Shown here: positions 17,727 to 25,805 of the stretch, piece by piece
Numbering within the stretch: the first letter of the stretch is position 1
How the letters are laid out: every line of letters starts with the position of its first letter
Made by a program: the position numbers and the translations under genes
The notes under the pieces: model-generated
What the model was told of the DNA's origin: nothing
Database searches by the model: none
Seen by the model: the letters and a program-made list of their open reading frames with translations, nothing else
IMG/VR virus record: IMGVR_UViG_3300046010_012620
Coordinates: 1 to 28,529 of that record
Strand: one strand, 5' to 3'
From: a virus
Taxonomy: Duplodnaviria; Caudoviricetes
Length of the DNA stretch: 28,529 nt

Positions 17727-18674
17727 TTATAAAGTACAGACTATATAACTATATTCTTCTGTGCATGCTACTTCTGTTGGTCCGGTAATGCCCCCAAATG
17801 CAAGAGCTGCATTTTGTGTACCTGCCCCTGCTAATGCATATCTAGCAGTACTTAAAGCACAACCTGCTGTCCAAGTAGATCCATTATACTCTTCTGTACA
17901 AGTATATCCTTGTCCACCAAAAGCAAGTCCGGCGTTTTGTGTTCCTGCTCCTGCTAAAGCAAATCTAGCAGTAATCAAAGCACCGCCTGCTGACCAAGCA
18001 GATCCATTGTATTCTTCTGTGCAAGAGACAATTGAAGCGTTATCTTCTCCTCCAAAAACAAGCCCAGCGTTTTGTGTACCTGCTCCTGCTAAATATTTTC
18101 TAGCGGTAATTAACGCGCTTCCTGCTGACCATGATGATCCATCATATTCTTCTGTACATGCTCCATATGGGCTGTCTCCTCCAACAGCTAAAGCGGCATT
18201 TTGTGTTCCTGCTCCTGCTAAGTAATATCTACCAGTAATTAAAGCACCTCCTGCTGACCATGATGATCCATCATATTCTTCTGTACATCTAAGTACATAC
18301 GGTGAGTAAAAACCTCCAAAAGCAAGTCCGGCGTTTTGTGTTCCTGCTCCTGCTAATCCATGTCGAGCACTAGCTAAAGCACCACCCGCTGTCCAAGAAG
18401 TTCCATCATATTCTTCTGTACAAGATACACTGTTGACAGGGGGGAGTGCCCTCCCTCCAAAAGCAAGACCTGCGTTTTGTGTACCTGCTCCTGCTAATTC
18501 GAACCTAGCGTAAATCATAGCGCCACCCGTTGACCAAGCTTGCGGTCCGGTATATTTAACTCTCCCCTCATCTTCATCATACCACATACTGCCTTCAATC
18601 TCTGGTGTTGGTGTTTTACCAAGCACCAAAACTGCAGTACCTGAAAGTGTTAAATTAGGGCCGTTAATTAACAT
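17727..18674 (-). CDS. Kelch-like 6-bladed beta-propeller protein (putative fibre/adhesin)
   Basis: About 46-aa adaptor (EGSMWYDEDEGRVKY) plus six WxAGGALITARxxLAGAGTQNAGLAFGG-loop-CTEEY repeats (17751-18536). Confidence 0.85.
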   Translation of the reverse strand: MLINGPNLTLSGTAVLVLGKTPTPEIEGSMWYDEDEGRVKYTGPQAWSTGGAMIYARFELAGAGTQNAGLAFGGRALPPVNSVSCTEEYDGTSWTAGGALASARHGLAGAGTQNAGLAFGGFYSPYVLRCTEEYDGSSWSAGGALITGRYYLAGAGTQNAALAVGGDSPYGACTEEYDGSSWSAGSALITARKYLAGAGTQNAGLVFGGEDNASIVSCTEEYNGSAWSAGGALITARFALAGAGTQNAGLAFGGQGYTCTEEYNGSTWTAGCALSTARYALAGAGTQNAALAFGGITGPTEVACTEEYSYIVCTL

Positions 18675-18699
18675 GTTGTATTGTTGATGTTTTTATTGT

Positions 18700-19650
18700 T
18701 TATTCTGGGATTGTACATATTGATATTCCGTTGTATTCTTCTGTGCATGATGCTCCAGATGGACTCCCTCCAAAAGCAAGTCCGCTAGCTTGTGTTCCTG
18801 CTCCTGCTAATTGTTGTCTACCAGTAATCAAAGCACCGCCTGTCGACCATACAGTTCCGTTATATTCTTCCGTGCAGGCATATCCCGGTGATCCGCCAAA
18901 TGCAAGACCTGCATTTTGGCTTCCTGCACCTGCTAATTTAGTAACACCGTTAATCAGTGCACCGCCTGTAGCCCATGCTGATCCGTCATATTCTTCTGTA
19001 CAAGTATATCCTTGTCCACCAAAAGAAAGAGCTGCATTTTGTGTTCCTGCTCCTGCTGACGACTCTCTACCGAATATTAAAGCACCGCCTGCTAACCACG
19101 AAGTTCCGTTATATTCTTCTGTGCACGATACATATGAAGTACCTCCAGAGGCTAATGCTGCGTTTTGAGTTCCCGCTCCCGCTAATTGAGATGTACCATT
19201 AATTAAAGCGCCGCCGGCTGACCAAGAAGATCCATTATATTCTTCTGTGCATGTTCCTACATTAATTGAAGGATTATTTCCCCCAAAAGCAAGGCCTGCG
19301 TTTTGGATTCCTGCTCCACCTACTCCAAATCTACACGTAATTAAATTACCGCCTGCTGCCCACGATGTTCCGTTATATTCTTCTGTATTTCTTAAAGGAT
19401 TAGGTCCACCATCCCCTCCTCCAAATACTAAACCTGCATTTTGTGTGCCTGCCCCTCCTGCTCCTTCTGTCCTACAGGTAATCAATGCACCGCCTGCCGA
19501 CCATGTACTATTCCCTGATCCAAATGTAAACTGTATTTTTCCTAATGTAGGATTAAACCACATATTACCAGCAGTAGTTGTATTCGATACTGTATTAAGT
19601 ATCAGTACTGCCGATCCTGTAATGACTAAATTTGAATTATCTATGTTCAT
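18700..19650 (-). CDS. Kelch-like 6-bladed beta-propeller protein (putative fibre/adhesin)
   Basis: Adaptor (AGNMWFNPTLGKIQF) plus six repeats (18733-19503); late motif at 19677-19684. Confidence 0.85.
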   Translation of the reverse strand: MNIDNSNLVITGSAVLILNTVSNTTTAGNMWFNPTLGKIQFTFGSGNSTWSAGGALITCRTEGAGGAGTQNAGLVFGGGDGGPNPLRNTEEYNGTSWAAGGNLITCRFGVGGAGIQNAGLAFGGNNPSINVGTCTEEYNGSSWSAGGALINGTSQLAGAGTQNAALASGGTSYVSCTEEYNGTSWLAGGALIFGRESSAGAGTQNAALSFGGQGYTCTEEYDGSAWATGGALINGVTKLAGAGSQNAGLAFGGSPGYACTEEYNGTVWSTGGALITGRQQLAGAGTQASGLAFGGSPSGASCTEEYNGISICTIPE

Positions 19651-19685
19651 TGATATGTGGTGTTGTCCTTTCTATTATAAATATT

Positions 19686-20645
19686 TTAGAAGCAGCATAT
19701 GACTGGTACTGTATTGTATTCTTCTGTGCATGCTACATTTGGATCTCCTCCAAAAGCAAGAGCTTTAGCAAATGTACCTGCGCCTGCTAAACTACCTCTA
19801 CCGGTAATTAATGCGCCGCCTGCTAACCATGATATACCATTGTATTCCTCTGTACAAGCCTCATTTGGAGTTGTACCTCCAAAGGCTAAACCTGCATTTT
19901 GTGTCCCTGCACCAGCTAGTGTTCTCCTGCCAATAATCATAGCGCCGCCTGCCGACCAATTAGTTCCGTTATATTCTTCTGTACATGATAGTATAGGTCC
20001 GTTCTGTCCGCCAAATGCAAGACCAGCATTTTGTGTACCTACTCCTGCTAGAATACATCGGGCATTAATCATTGCTCCACCGGCCGACCAATTAGATCCG
20101 TCATACTCTTCCGTACAGGATACGTTACTACTAACCGGAGTTCCGGCATATCCTCCAAAAGCAAGCCCCGCATTTTGTGTTCCTGCTCCTGCTAAATTAA
20201 ATCTAGCTGTAATTAAAGTAGTACCTGTCGACCAGGCTGTTCCGTTATATTCTTCAGTACAAGCTACTATAGTTGGTATACCACCTCCGAAAGCGAGACC
20301 AGCATTTTGAGTACCTGCTCCAGCTAAAAGATATCTAGCGGTAATTAAAGCTCCGCCTGCTGCCCAAGATGATCCATTATACTCTTCTGTACAAGATACT
20401 ACTGTTGGAGTACTACCCCCGAATGCGAGGGCTGAGTTTTGAGTACCTGCTCCGGCGAGCCCGTTTCTAGCAGTGATTAAAGCACCGCCTGCCGCCCATG
20501 CTCCATTACCAAGCCCGGTATACTGTACTTTCTGTAATAATTTATTATACCATATAGCGCCCTCTATAGCAGTATCGTCTGCTCTTCCAAGTGTTAAAAC
20601 CGCTTGGCCTGATATAACTAGGTTAGGAGGTCCGCAAACTTTCAT
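19686..20645 (-). CDS. Kelch-like 6-bladed beta-propeller protein (putative fibre/adhesin)
   Basis: Adaptor (EGAIWYNKLLQKVQY) plus six repeats (19716-20498); late motif at 20664-20671. Confidence 0.85.
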   Translation of the reverse strand: MKVCGPPNLVISGQAVLTLGRADDTAIEGAIWYNKLLQKVQYTGLGNGAWAAGGALITARNGLAGAGTQNSALAFGGSTPTVVSCTEEYNGSSWAAGGALITARYLLAGAGTQNAGLAFGGGIPTIVACTEEYNGTAWSTGTTLITARFNLAGAGTQNAGLAFGGYAGTPVSSNVSCTEEYDGSNWSAGGAMINARCILAGVGTQNAGLAFGGQNGPILSCTEEYNGTNWSAGGAMIIGRRTLAGAGTQNAGLAFGGTTPNEACTEEYNGISWLAGGALITGRGSLAGAGTFAKALAFGGDPNVACTEEYNTVPVICCF

Positions 20646-20653
20646 ACTACGTC

Positions 20654-20686
20654 ACATTTGATAATAAATATATTAGAATCAAATGT
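20654..20686 (-). promoter_or_regulatory. Late motif ATATTTAT (20664-20671) in the loop of a perfect 9-bp inverted repeat
   Basis: ACATTTGAT (20654-20662) / ATCAAATGT (20678-20686). The 3' arm covers -9 to -17 of ATG 20645. Confidence 0.6.
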
Positions 20687-21602
20687 TATTGAGTATTTCG
20701 TCAATATTAAACATGTCTGTTAACTCCATGTAAGGACATTCGTGTAGATTATTTTCAAATTGAAAATCAAAGAGATACGATCCTATGAGCTGATTTGCTT
20801 TCTTGGGTAGGTTTGCAACTACATTTTTATGTAATCTATATCCGAATACTGTCGGCGAAGTTCCTACCCATAGTACTGTCGATGGAAGTTTGAATGCGGC
20901 AGCAGCATGCTGTAGACAAGAATCGATTAGAACGCGTTTCTGTGCATCAACTAGTATTGCAAATAACTCAATATTGGATAGCTGTTGGTCTATTCTCTCT
21001 ACCCCGTCTAGGTGATATCCGTCGGGTCTAGTTACTTGAAATATGTGGTATTGATTTCTGAATTTATTTACAATTGCCTGGGCTATATCTTGAGGCATAT
21101 CGCGGGTCCAGGAGTAATTATACTTTTGACCTTGGCCCGGTCCTCCCCCTGTTTGAATAACTATTGTTGGTTTTTGTCTTTTCCAAAGACCGACTAATTG
21201 TCTTTGTACGTAGTTTGCAAATACTTGGGGCTGTTGTTCAGTATATTTTATACCCAGTAGATCGCACCAGTTTTCAATCAAATGCTTTGTTTTAGTAATA
21301 TGTCCTGTTTGATTGTAGGGTTCGTGTCTACAGACAATGATATCTTTCTCGTAGATATAGTCTTCATAGAAGTAGGGTGCTTGTGTTAAATTGTATACCC
21401 TATCGATATAAGGGTTATTTAGAAATGCTTCTGGATAGGATACTACCATTATCAGCTTTCTGTCAGGAAAAGCTTCTTTTATATCTTTACATAGAGAGGT
21501 TGCTGCAATATTTTTACCTAATCCTCCCTGTATATGCCAGATAAAAAATTTATCTCCAATATTCCTGTTTGAGTGGTATATGTATCCTTGTTCTTGTTTC
21601 AT
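20679..21602 (-). CDS. GT9-like (heptosyltransferase-like, GT-B fold) glycosyltransferase
   Basis: HIQGGLGKNIAAT...IKEAFPDRKLI at the N-terminus and IDSCLQHAAAAFKLPSTVLW...SPTVFGY at the C-terminus. Confidence 0.75.
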   Translation of the reverse strand: MKQEQGYIYHSNRNIGDKFFIWHIQGGLGKNIAATSLCKDIKEAFPDRKLIMVVSYPEAFLNNPYIDRVYNLTQAPYFYEDYIYEKDIIVCRHEPYNQTGHITKTKHLIENWCDLLGIKYTEQQPQVFANYVQRQLVGLWKRQKPTIVIQTGGGPGQGQKYNYSWTRDMPQDIAQAIVNKFRNQYHIFQVTRPDGYHLDGVERIDQQLSNIELFAILVDAQKRVLIDSCLQHAAAAFKLPSTVLWVGTSPTVFGYRLHKNVVANLPKKANQLIGSYLFDFQFENNLHECPYMELTDMFNIDEILNNI

Positions 21603-22249
21603 TAAAATATTAATTCAGTTAAGTTCTCTTCCTCTCCAAATCCTACTTTAGGTACTACGTTGAATGCTAAACTGCATCTAGGTTTATCAGTCTTATTGAC
21701 CGGTACCGAATGCATGAGATGAGAAGGGAATAGTATTAACAGGCCTGGTTCAAATGTTATAGCGAATTCCTGCTGTGCATACCTTAAGTCTTTTTTATCT
21801 TTTACTAGCTTTGGGGAAATATAAGATGCATTAACACCGCCTGCTGTTCTATGAAACTTGATAGCCGATGTTTTTTCAGCTGCATGTCCGTAATAGAGTA
21901 CTCCTGAGAGTAGACTATTTGGGTGAGTATGTGCAGTATGGTGCTGTCCTGGGGCTTTTATAGAGACCCAAGATTGTCCGAATCTATATTCATTATAGGC
22001 GTATCCTAGCTTCTCGGCATACACCTTCACGTTACCTAAGATAAATTCAGCTAATGTCGCACATTCAGGTTTATCTAACAAATAGCTATCCTTAGATCTG
22101 AACCCGTAGTTATCATGATCGGAATCGGTACCCATGTCTTGACCATCGAAGAACTTAATTACCTTTGCATACTGCACGGGCAGCGTGGTAGCGTAAACCG
22201 GGGTTGGGAACAACTCCAGTATTTCATAATTAATTTGCATAACGTCCAA
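21602..22249 (-). CDS. 2OG-Fe(II) oxygenase, TIGR02466-like
   Basis: LFPTPVY, HTHPNSLLSGVLY, LILFPSHLMHSV, RCSLAFN. Confidence 0.88.
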   Translation of the reverse strand: MDVMQINYEILELFPTPVYATTLPVQYAKVIKFFDGQDMGTDSDHDNYGFRSKDSYLLDKPECATLAEFILGNVKVYAEKLGYAYNEYRFGQSWVSIKAPGQHHTAHTHPNSLLSGVLYYGHAAEKTSAIKFHRTAGGVNASYISPKLVKDKKDLRYAQQEFAITFEPGLLILFPSHLMHSVPVNKTDKPRCSLAFNVVPKVGFGEEENLTELIF

Positions 22250-22889
22250 ATATTATTTCAGAAATGGTTTCTTTATCGCCCAGTGTTCCTTTCGTTAATA
22301 CGTTTACACCTAATGCTTTCCTGACTTTATTTGTTCTATTGGGAGGTACACCATGTGTAACGTATGAAGGAAATATAATGAAATTATTTTGTTGCGGTGT
22401 AAAATAAATTTCCTCCTGAGAGAATTTATGCTGCTGATAATCGTCCTGTAGAGAGGGTTCTAAATAAGTTCTATACTGAGATCCAGCTACTTTACTAAAG
22501 CAAATAGCTGCATCCCCGGGTTCAAAATCGTAATAAAATACGCCGGCAAGTAGAGTGTTTGGGTGAGTATGTGCTTTGTGAAATTGACCGGGCATTTTAT
22601 AGGTAAGCCACGATTGAGAAAACTGCAATTCCTTATAGCGATACCTCATTACGTTAGTGGCAAAGTCATTAAAGCATTGCATGAAAAAATTAGCCAGCGG
22701 TTTACAGATTGGATGATCAATTATATAGCTATTTTTTGATATCCAACCATAAGGGCTATTTTTTCCATCGTTCATTTCGCAACTATCGAAGTACTTAACT
22801 ATTTCAGTTGTATCTCCCGGGTATGTTGCTACATACAGCGGAGTTGGAAACATTTCAAAAACTTTAGCACTACTCCCTGCTATATTCAT
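22230..22889 (-). CDS. 2OG-Fe(II) oxygenase, TIGR02466-like
   Basis: MFPTPLY, HTHPNTLLAGVFY, IIFPSYVTHGV, RKALGVN. Confidence 0.88.
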   Translation of the reverse strand: MNIAGSSAKVFEMFPTPLYVATYPGDTTEIVKYFDSCEMNDGKNSPYGWISKNSYIIDHPICKPLANFFMQCFNDFATNVMRYRYKELQFSQSWLTYKMPGQFHKAHTHPNTLLAGVFYYDFEPGDAAICFSKVAGSQYRTYLEPSLQDDYQQHKFSQEEIYFTPQQNNFIIFPSYVTHGVPPNRTNKVRKALGVNVLTKGTLGDKETISEIIFGRYAN

Positions 22890-22893
22890 AACC

Positions 22894-23499
22894 TTAATTA
22901 CTTTTTTGTGAAGGACTGATAAAATTAAATGCTATAGAGATTCTCTCTTCGTTTGATTCGTTTCTTTCTACGTGATGTTTGATCCAACTTGGAAACAGGT
23001 AGAAAGTAGATTCTTTAGCTGGCTTTGTCACAGAAAATGCGTTAGCCATTGTATGCTCTCTCTGTACCTTACTATTCATGAAGAATTCTATGTCGTCTCC
23101 CCTATGTAGCACTAAATCTCCCATGTTATTTCTTGGAACCGATACATAGTATACCCCAGACAAGATACTGTTCTGATGATCGTGTAATAGGTTATAATCA
23201 TGATGTCCGTTGATGTTAATCCAGAAATTACCTATCTCTAGGTTATTGATTCCAGTATAACGAGCACATACATCGTTGACGAATACGTTCAAGTCATTGA
23301 AGAGGTTTTCTAACGCTACCGGAATTGGGAAGAGGAGTTCGCCTGAATGCCATCCTCCTCGATTTGAAATCGTAACCCCGGGCTTCTGTCTACGGGTTTC
23401 CAGGCAATACTGCTTGATAGATTGATTATCGATTCCTGATACAGGACACTCCCAAACCGGAGTTGCGAACCATAACTGTTCGTAAACTTTAAATTCCAT
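22894..23499 (-). CDS. 2OG-Fe(II) oxygenase, TIGR02466-like
   Basis: SNRGGWHS, WININ, HDHQNSILSGVYYV, LFPSWIKHHV, RISIAFN. Confidence 0.9.
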   Translation of the reverse strand: MEFKVYEQLWFATPVWECPVSGIDNQSIKQYCLETRRQKPGVTISNRGGWHSGELLFPIPVALENLFNDLNVFVNDVCARYTGINNLEIGNFWININGHHDYNLLHDHQNSILSGVYYVSVPRNNMGDLVLHRGDDIEFFMNSKVQREHTMANAFSVTKPAKESTFYLFPSWIKHHVERNESNEERISIAFNFISPSQKSN

Positions 23500-23513
23500 A
23501 ACTAAGTTTTTAA

Positions 23514-24125
23514 TTATCTAAATGGGCGACCGCCGGTCCAAAATACTAGACACTTACGCTGGCCTCGTGTGATTGGTTTTACTCTATGCATGCAGAATGC
23601 TGGAAAGCAAATAACGTCTCCTTTCTCCCTGGGCACAACTACTGATTTTTGACCACCAAACCAGATCTCAAAATCGCCTCCTTCATAATCCCTAGGATCT
23701 GATAATTGAACAGTAGTAGCGATCTTTCTTTTATTAACATCGAGAGCACCTACGTCCATATGCCAGTCCAGGTGCCCTCCATCAGTTGGGTAGACTACAT
23801 AGTGGATGGGATCGGTAACAACATCGATATCAAAATGAAATGCTTTTTCGTTAGCTTCTAATACTAGCGGAAATAAAATATCATAAAGCCATTTTGTATG
23901 CGGGGCTGGTTCAAGGTAGGCAATATCTCGGTTATTTGTTTGGTAGGAATCAGTATCGGTACCTAATTCTCTTACACCAGTCCTACCCTTGGAAAATTTA
24001 TAGTTTGCTTTAACCATCTGCTCCAGTTCTCCGATCATACGATCATTAAATACGTTTTTAAAATAGTAAAACGTATTCCAGTTAGATTGTGGCTTAAAAT
24101 TATTGTACGGCTTTAATGGAAACAT
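23514..24125 (-). CDS. 2OG-Fe(II) oxygenase, PKHD / prolyl-4-hydroxylase-like
   Basis: WHMD, RKIATTVQLSDPRDYEGGDF, FPAFCMHRVKPITRGQRKCLVFW. Confidence 0.9.
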   Translation of the reverse strand: MFPLKPYNNFKPQSNWNTFYYFKNVFNDRMIGELEQMVKANYKFSKGRTGVRELGTDTDSYQTNNRDIAYLEPAPHTKWLYDILFPLVLEANEKAFHFDIDVVTDPIHYVVYPTDGGHLDWHMDVGALDVNKRKIATTVQLSDPRDYEGGDFEIWFGGQKSVVVPREKGDVICFPAFCMHRVKPITRGQRKCLVFWTGGRPFR

Positions 24126-24131
24126 AACAAT

Positions 24132-24719
24132 TTATTTTTCAGTTCTATCAAGCATGGTAAACCAGCCTGTTAAAATATACTTTGTTTGAGTGGGAGAAGG
24201 AACACCTCTATGTAAATGCATCCAGTCCGACGGCCATATTATTAACTTTCCTTCGACTGCTGATTCGAAATGGTGCTGATAAAAAAATTCAGTTTCACCT
24301 CTATCTGTTACTGTATTTAAGTAAACAGCCCAGACTAGAAACCTGTTACTGTATTTGTTTGTTGCTCTTTCGCAATGCCACCCGTGAAATCCTTCTCCTG
24401 GTTCGTAGCGCTGCATATTGAATAGAGGGCTAATCTGCAAAGGATCAAGCTTAGAGAATGCTAGAGAATGTCTGTCAATATAATCTCGTTGACCTTTTTC
24501 TAAAATACCTACTAATTCTGTTAGCAAAGGACTCCAAGTCGGATGTTGCAAGTACCTAGGATCAAAAGTTATGTCTGTTGACTTTTTTCCGTTAGATGAC
24601 GAAGTACCGTCGGGGCCGTAGAGTACGCCCGGTTTTTTATCTTCGGATACTTCAAACGCATCTATAAAAGCTTTACATAACTGAGAGGATAATGCCTTCT
24701 CTTTTCTGTATATGAACAT
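24132..24719 (-). CDS. 2OG-Fe(II) oxygenase, prolyl-4-hydroxylase-like
   Basis: QRYEPGEGFHGWHCE, VYLNTVTDRGETEF, IWPSDWMHLHRG, KYILTGW. Confidence 0.9.
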   Translation of the reverse strand: MFIYRKEKALSSQLCKAFIDAFEVSEDKKPGVLYGPDGTSSSNGKKSTDITFDPRYLQHPTWSPLLTELVGILEKGQRDYIDRHSLAFSKLDPLQISPLFNMQRYEPGEGFHGWHCERATNKYSNRFLVWAVYLNTVTDRGETEFFYQHHFESAVEGKLIIWPSDWMHLHRGVPSPTQTKYILTGWFTMLDRTEK

Positions 24720-24727
24720 AACTAAGT

Positions 24728-25441
24728 TTACTGTTGTTGCTGGCTTTCAACATGCTGGGCAAGCTGCTGTTGACGAGCCTGTTCAAATGTCAAAAGTGTA
24801 TTACCTTCGGCCTTGAGTCTTTGCAGGGTTTGATAAGGACCTACAGCGTTAATAACTTCACTCGGTTCACTATTTGGACTGAGAGCCTTTACTCTATTTT
24901 CAAGCCTTAGTCCTAAGCTTTCGGCCTGATGTGTATTTACCTCTCTATCGTCGAAGGTTCCATCGTTGAGTTCGGCTTTAATCTTAGACCAAGTCTGGAT
25001 CTCACGAACACGGTCGTGGGCTACCTGTTCCATGCAGGCTTTATTGTAGAGATTTTGATCTAAATCGATCTGTGCCTCTATAATATCGAGCATATCACCT
25101 TTAAGTTCTGCTTCTTTCATTTTACGTTCGAGTCTGAGCCTTTCTACATCGGCTCTTCTCATTTCAAATGAAAGATTCATCATCGCATCAAAGTGCGCAG
25201 ACATTTCCCTAACCGACTGCCAGTATTTAGATGCCGGAGTGGGATGCTTGGCATCATTCAAGACCGATACACGCATTTCCGTTTCAGTACGGAAAATTTG
25301 TTTTTTATTCCAGTTATCGGCCAGTTCTTCTTTTAATCTTACAACTTCCCTAGCGTCTTCCGGTTTCAAAACCGCTAGAATATTCTGTAAATCACTAGGA
25401 ATTGCTAGTTCGCGACCTGATTCTTGTTTATTTTCGTCCAT
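24728..25441 (-). CDS. Coiled-coil hypothetical protein, first gene of the oxygenase operon
   Basis: 237 aa, helical, with HPTPASKYWQSVRE; no catalytic motif recognised. Confidence 0.75.
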   Translation of the reverse strand: MDENKQESGRELAIPSDLQNILAVLKPEDAREVVRLKEELADNWNKKQIFRTETEMRVSVLNDAKHPTPASKYWQSVREMSAHFDAMMNLSFEMRRADVERLRLERKMKEAELKGDMLDIIEAQIDLDQNLYNKACMEQVAHDRVREIQTWSKIKAELNDGTFDDREVNTHQAESLGLRLENRVKALSPNSEPSEVINAVGPYQTLQRLKAEGNTLLTFEQARQQQLAQHVESQQQQ

Positions 25442-25461
25442 AACGAAGTTTGTATTTACTA

Positions 25462-25493
25462 TTAATGTAACAAATATTATTCAATCTTCCAAC
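25462..25493 (-). promoter_or_regulatory. Bacteroidota sigma70-type promoter for the oxygenase/glycosyltransferase operon
   Basis: Minus strand GTTG-N20-TACATTAA, 20 nt before ATG 25441. Confidence 0.55.
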
Positions 25494-25498
25494 TCTTT

Positions 25499-25774
25499 TT
25501 AGGGAAGAATGATATTTTGAGGTTCAGGGCCACAGAGCCATGGTGTTGAACCGGAAACGCAAGTTTGCCATTCTGTCTGAGTCTGATCAACTACGGCATC
25601 AACGAGAGCTTGTGCTTCTGCTTTAGTCTTTTCTACAGCTCCTACCCGGGTTGCCCAGATTTGATTGTTTTCCGTTACCCATACGTTTGCGGGATATCCG
25701 GCAATGTGGGATCTTTGGTTATCTTCGTGGGTGATGAATCCTACCCCCGTGTTAACTGCTACGTAATACTGCAT
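25499..25774 (-). CDS. Hypothetical protein, possibly tail-fibre assembly/accessory
   Basis: 91 aa directly after the fibre gene; late motif at 25799-25806. Confidence 0.7.
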   Translation of the reverse strand: MQYYVAVNTGVGFITHEDNQRSHIAGYPANVWVTENNQIWATRVGAVEKTKAEAQALVDAVVDQTQTEWQTCVSGSTPWLCGPEPQNIILP

Positions 25775-25805
25775 GTTTTTTAGTTTTAAGGTTTATTAAT
25801 AAATA

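Noticed and set aside
17727-20645. Invertase shufflon of fibre tips
   Set aside because: All cassettes are full genes in the same orientation, with no inverted recombination sites or recombinase seen.
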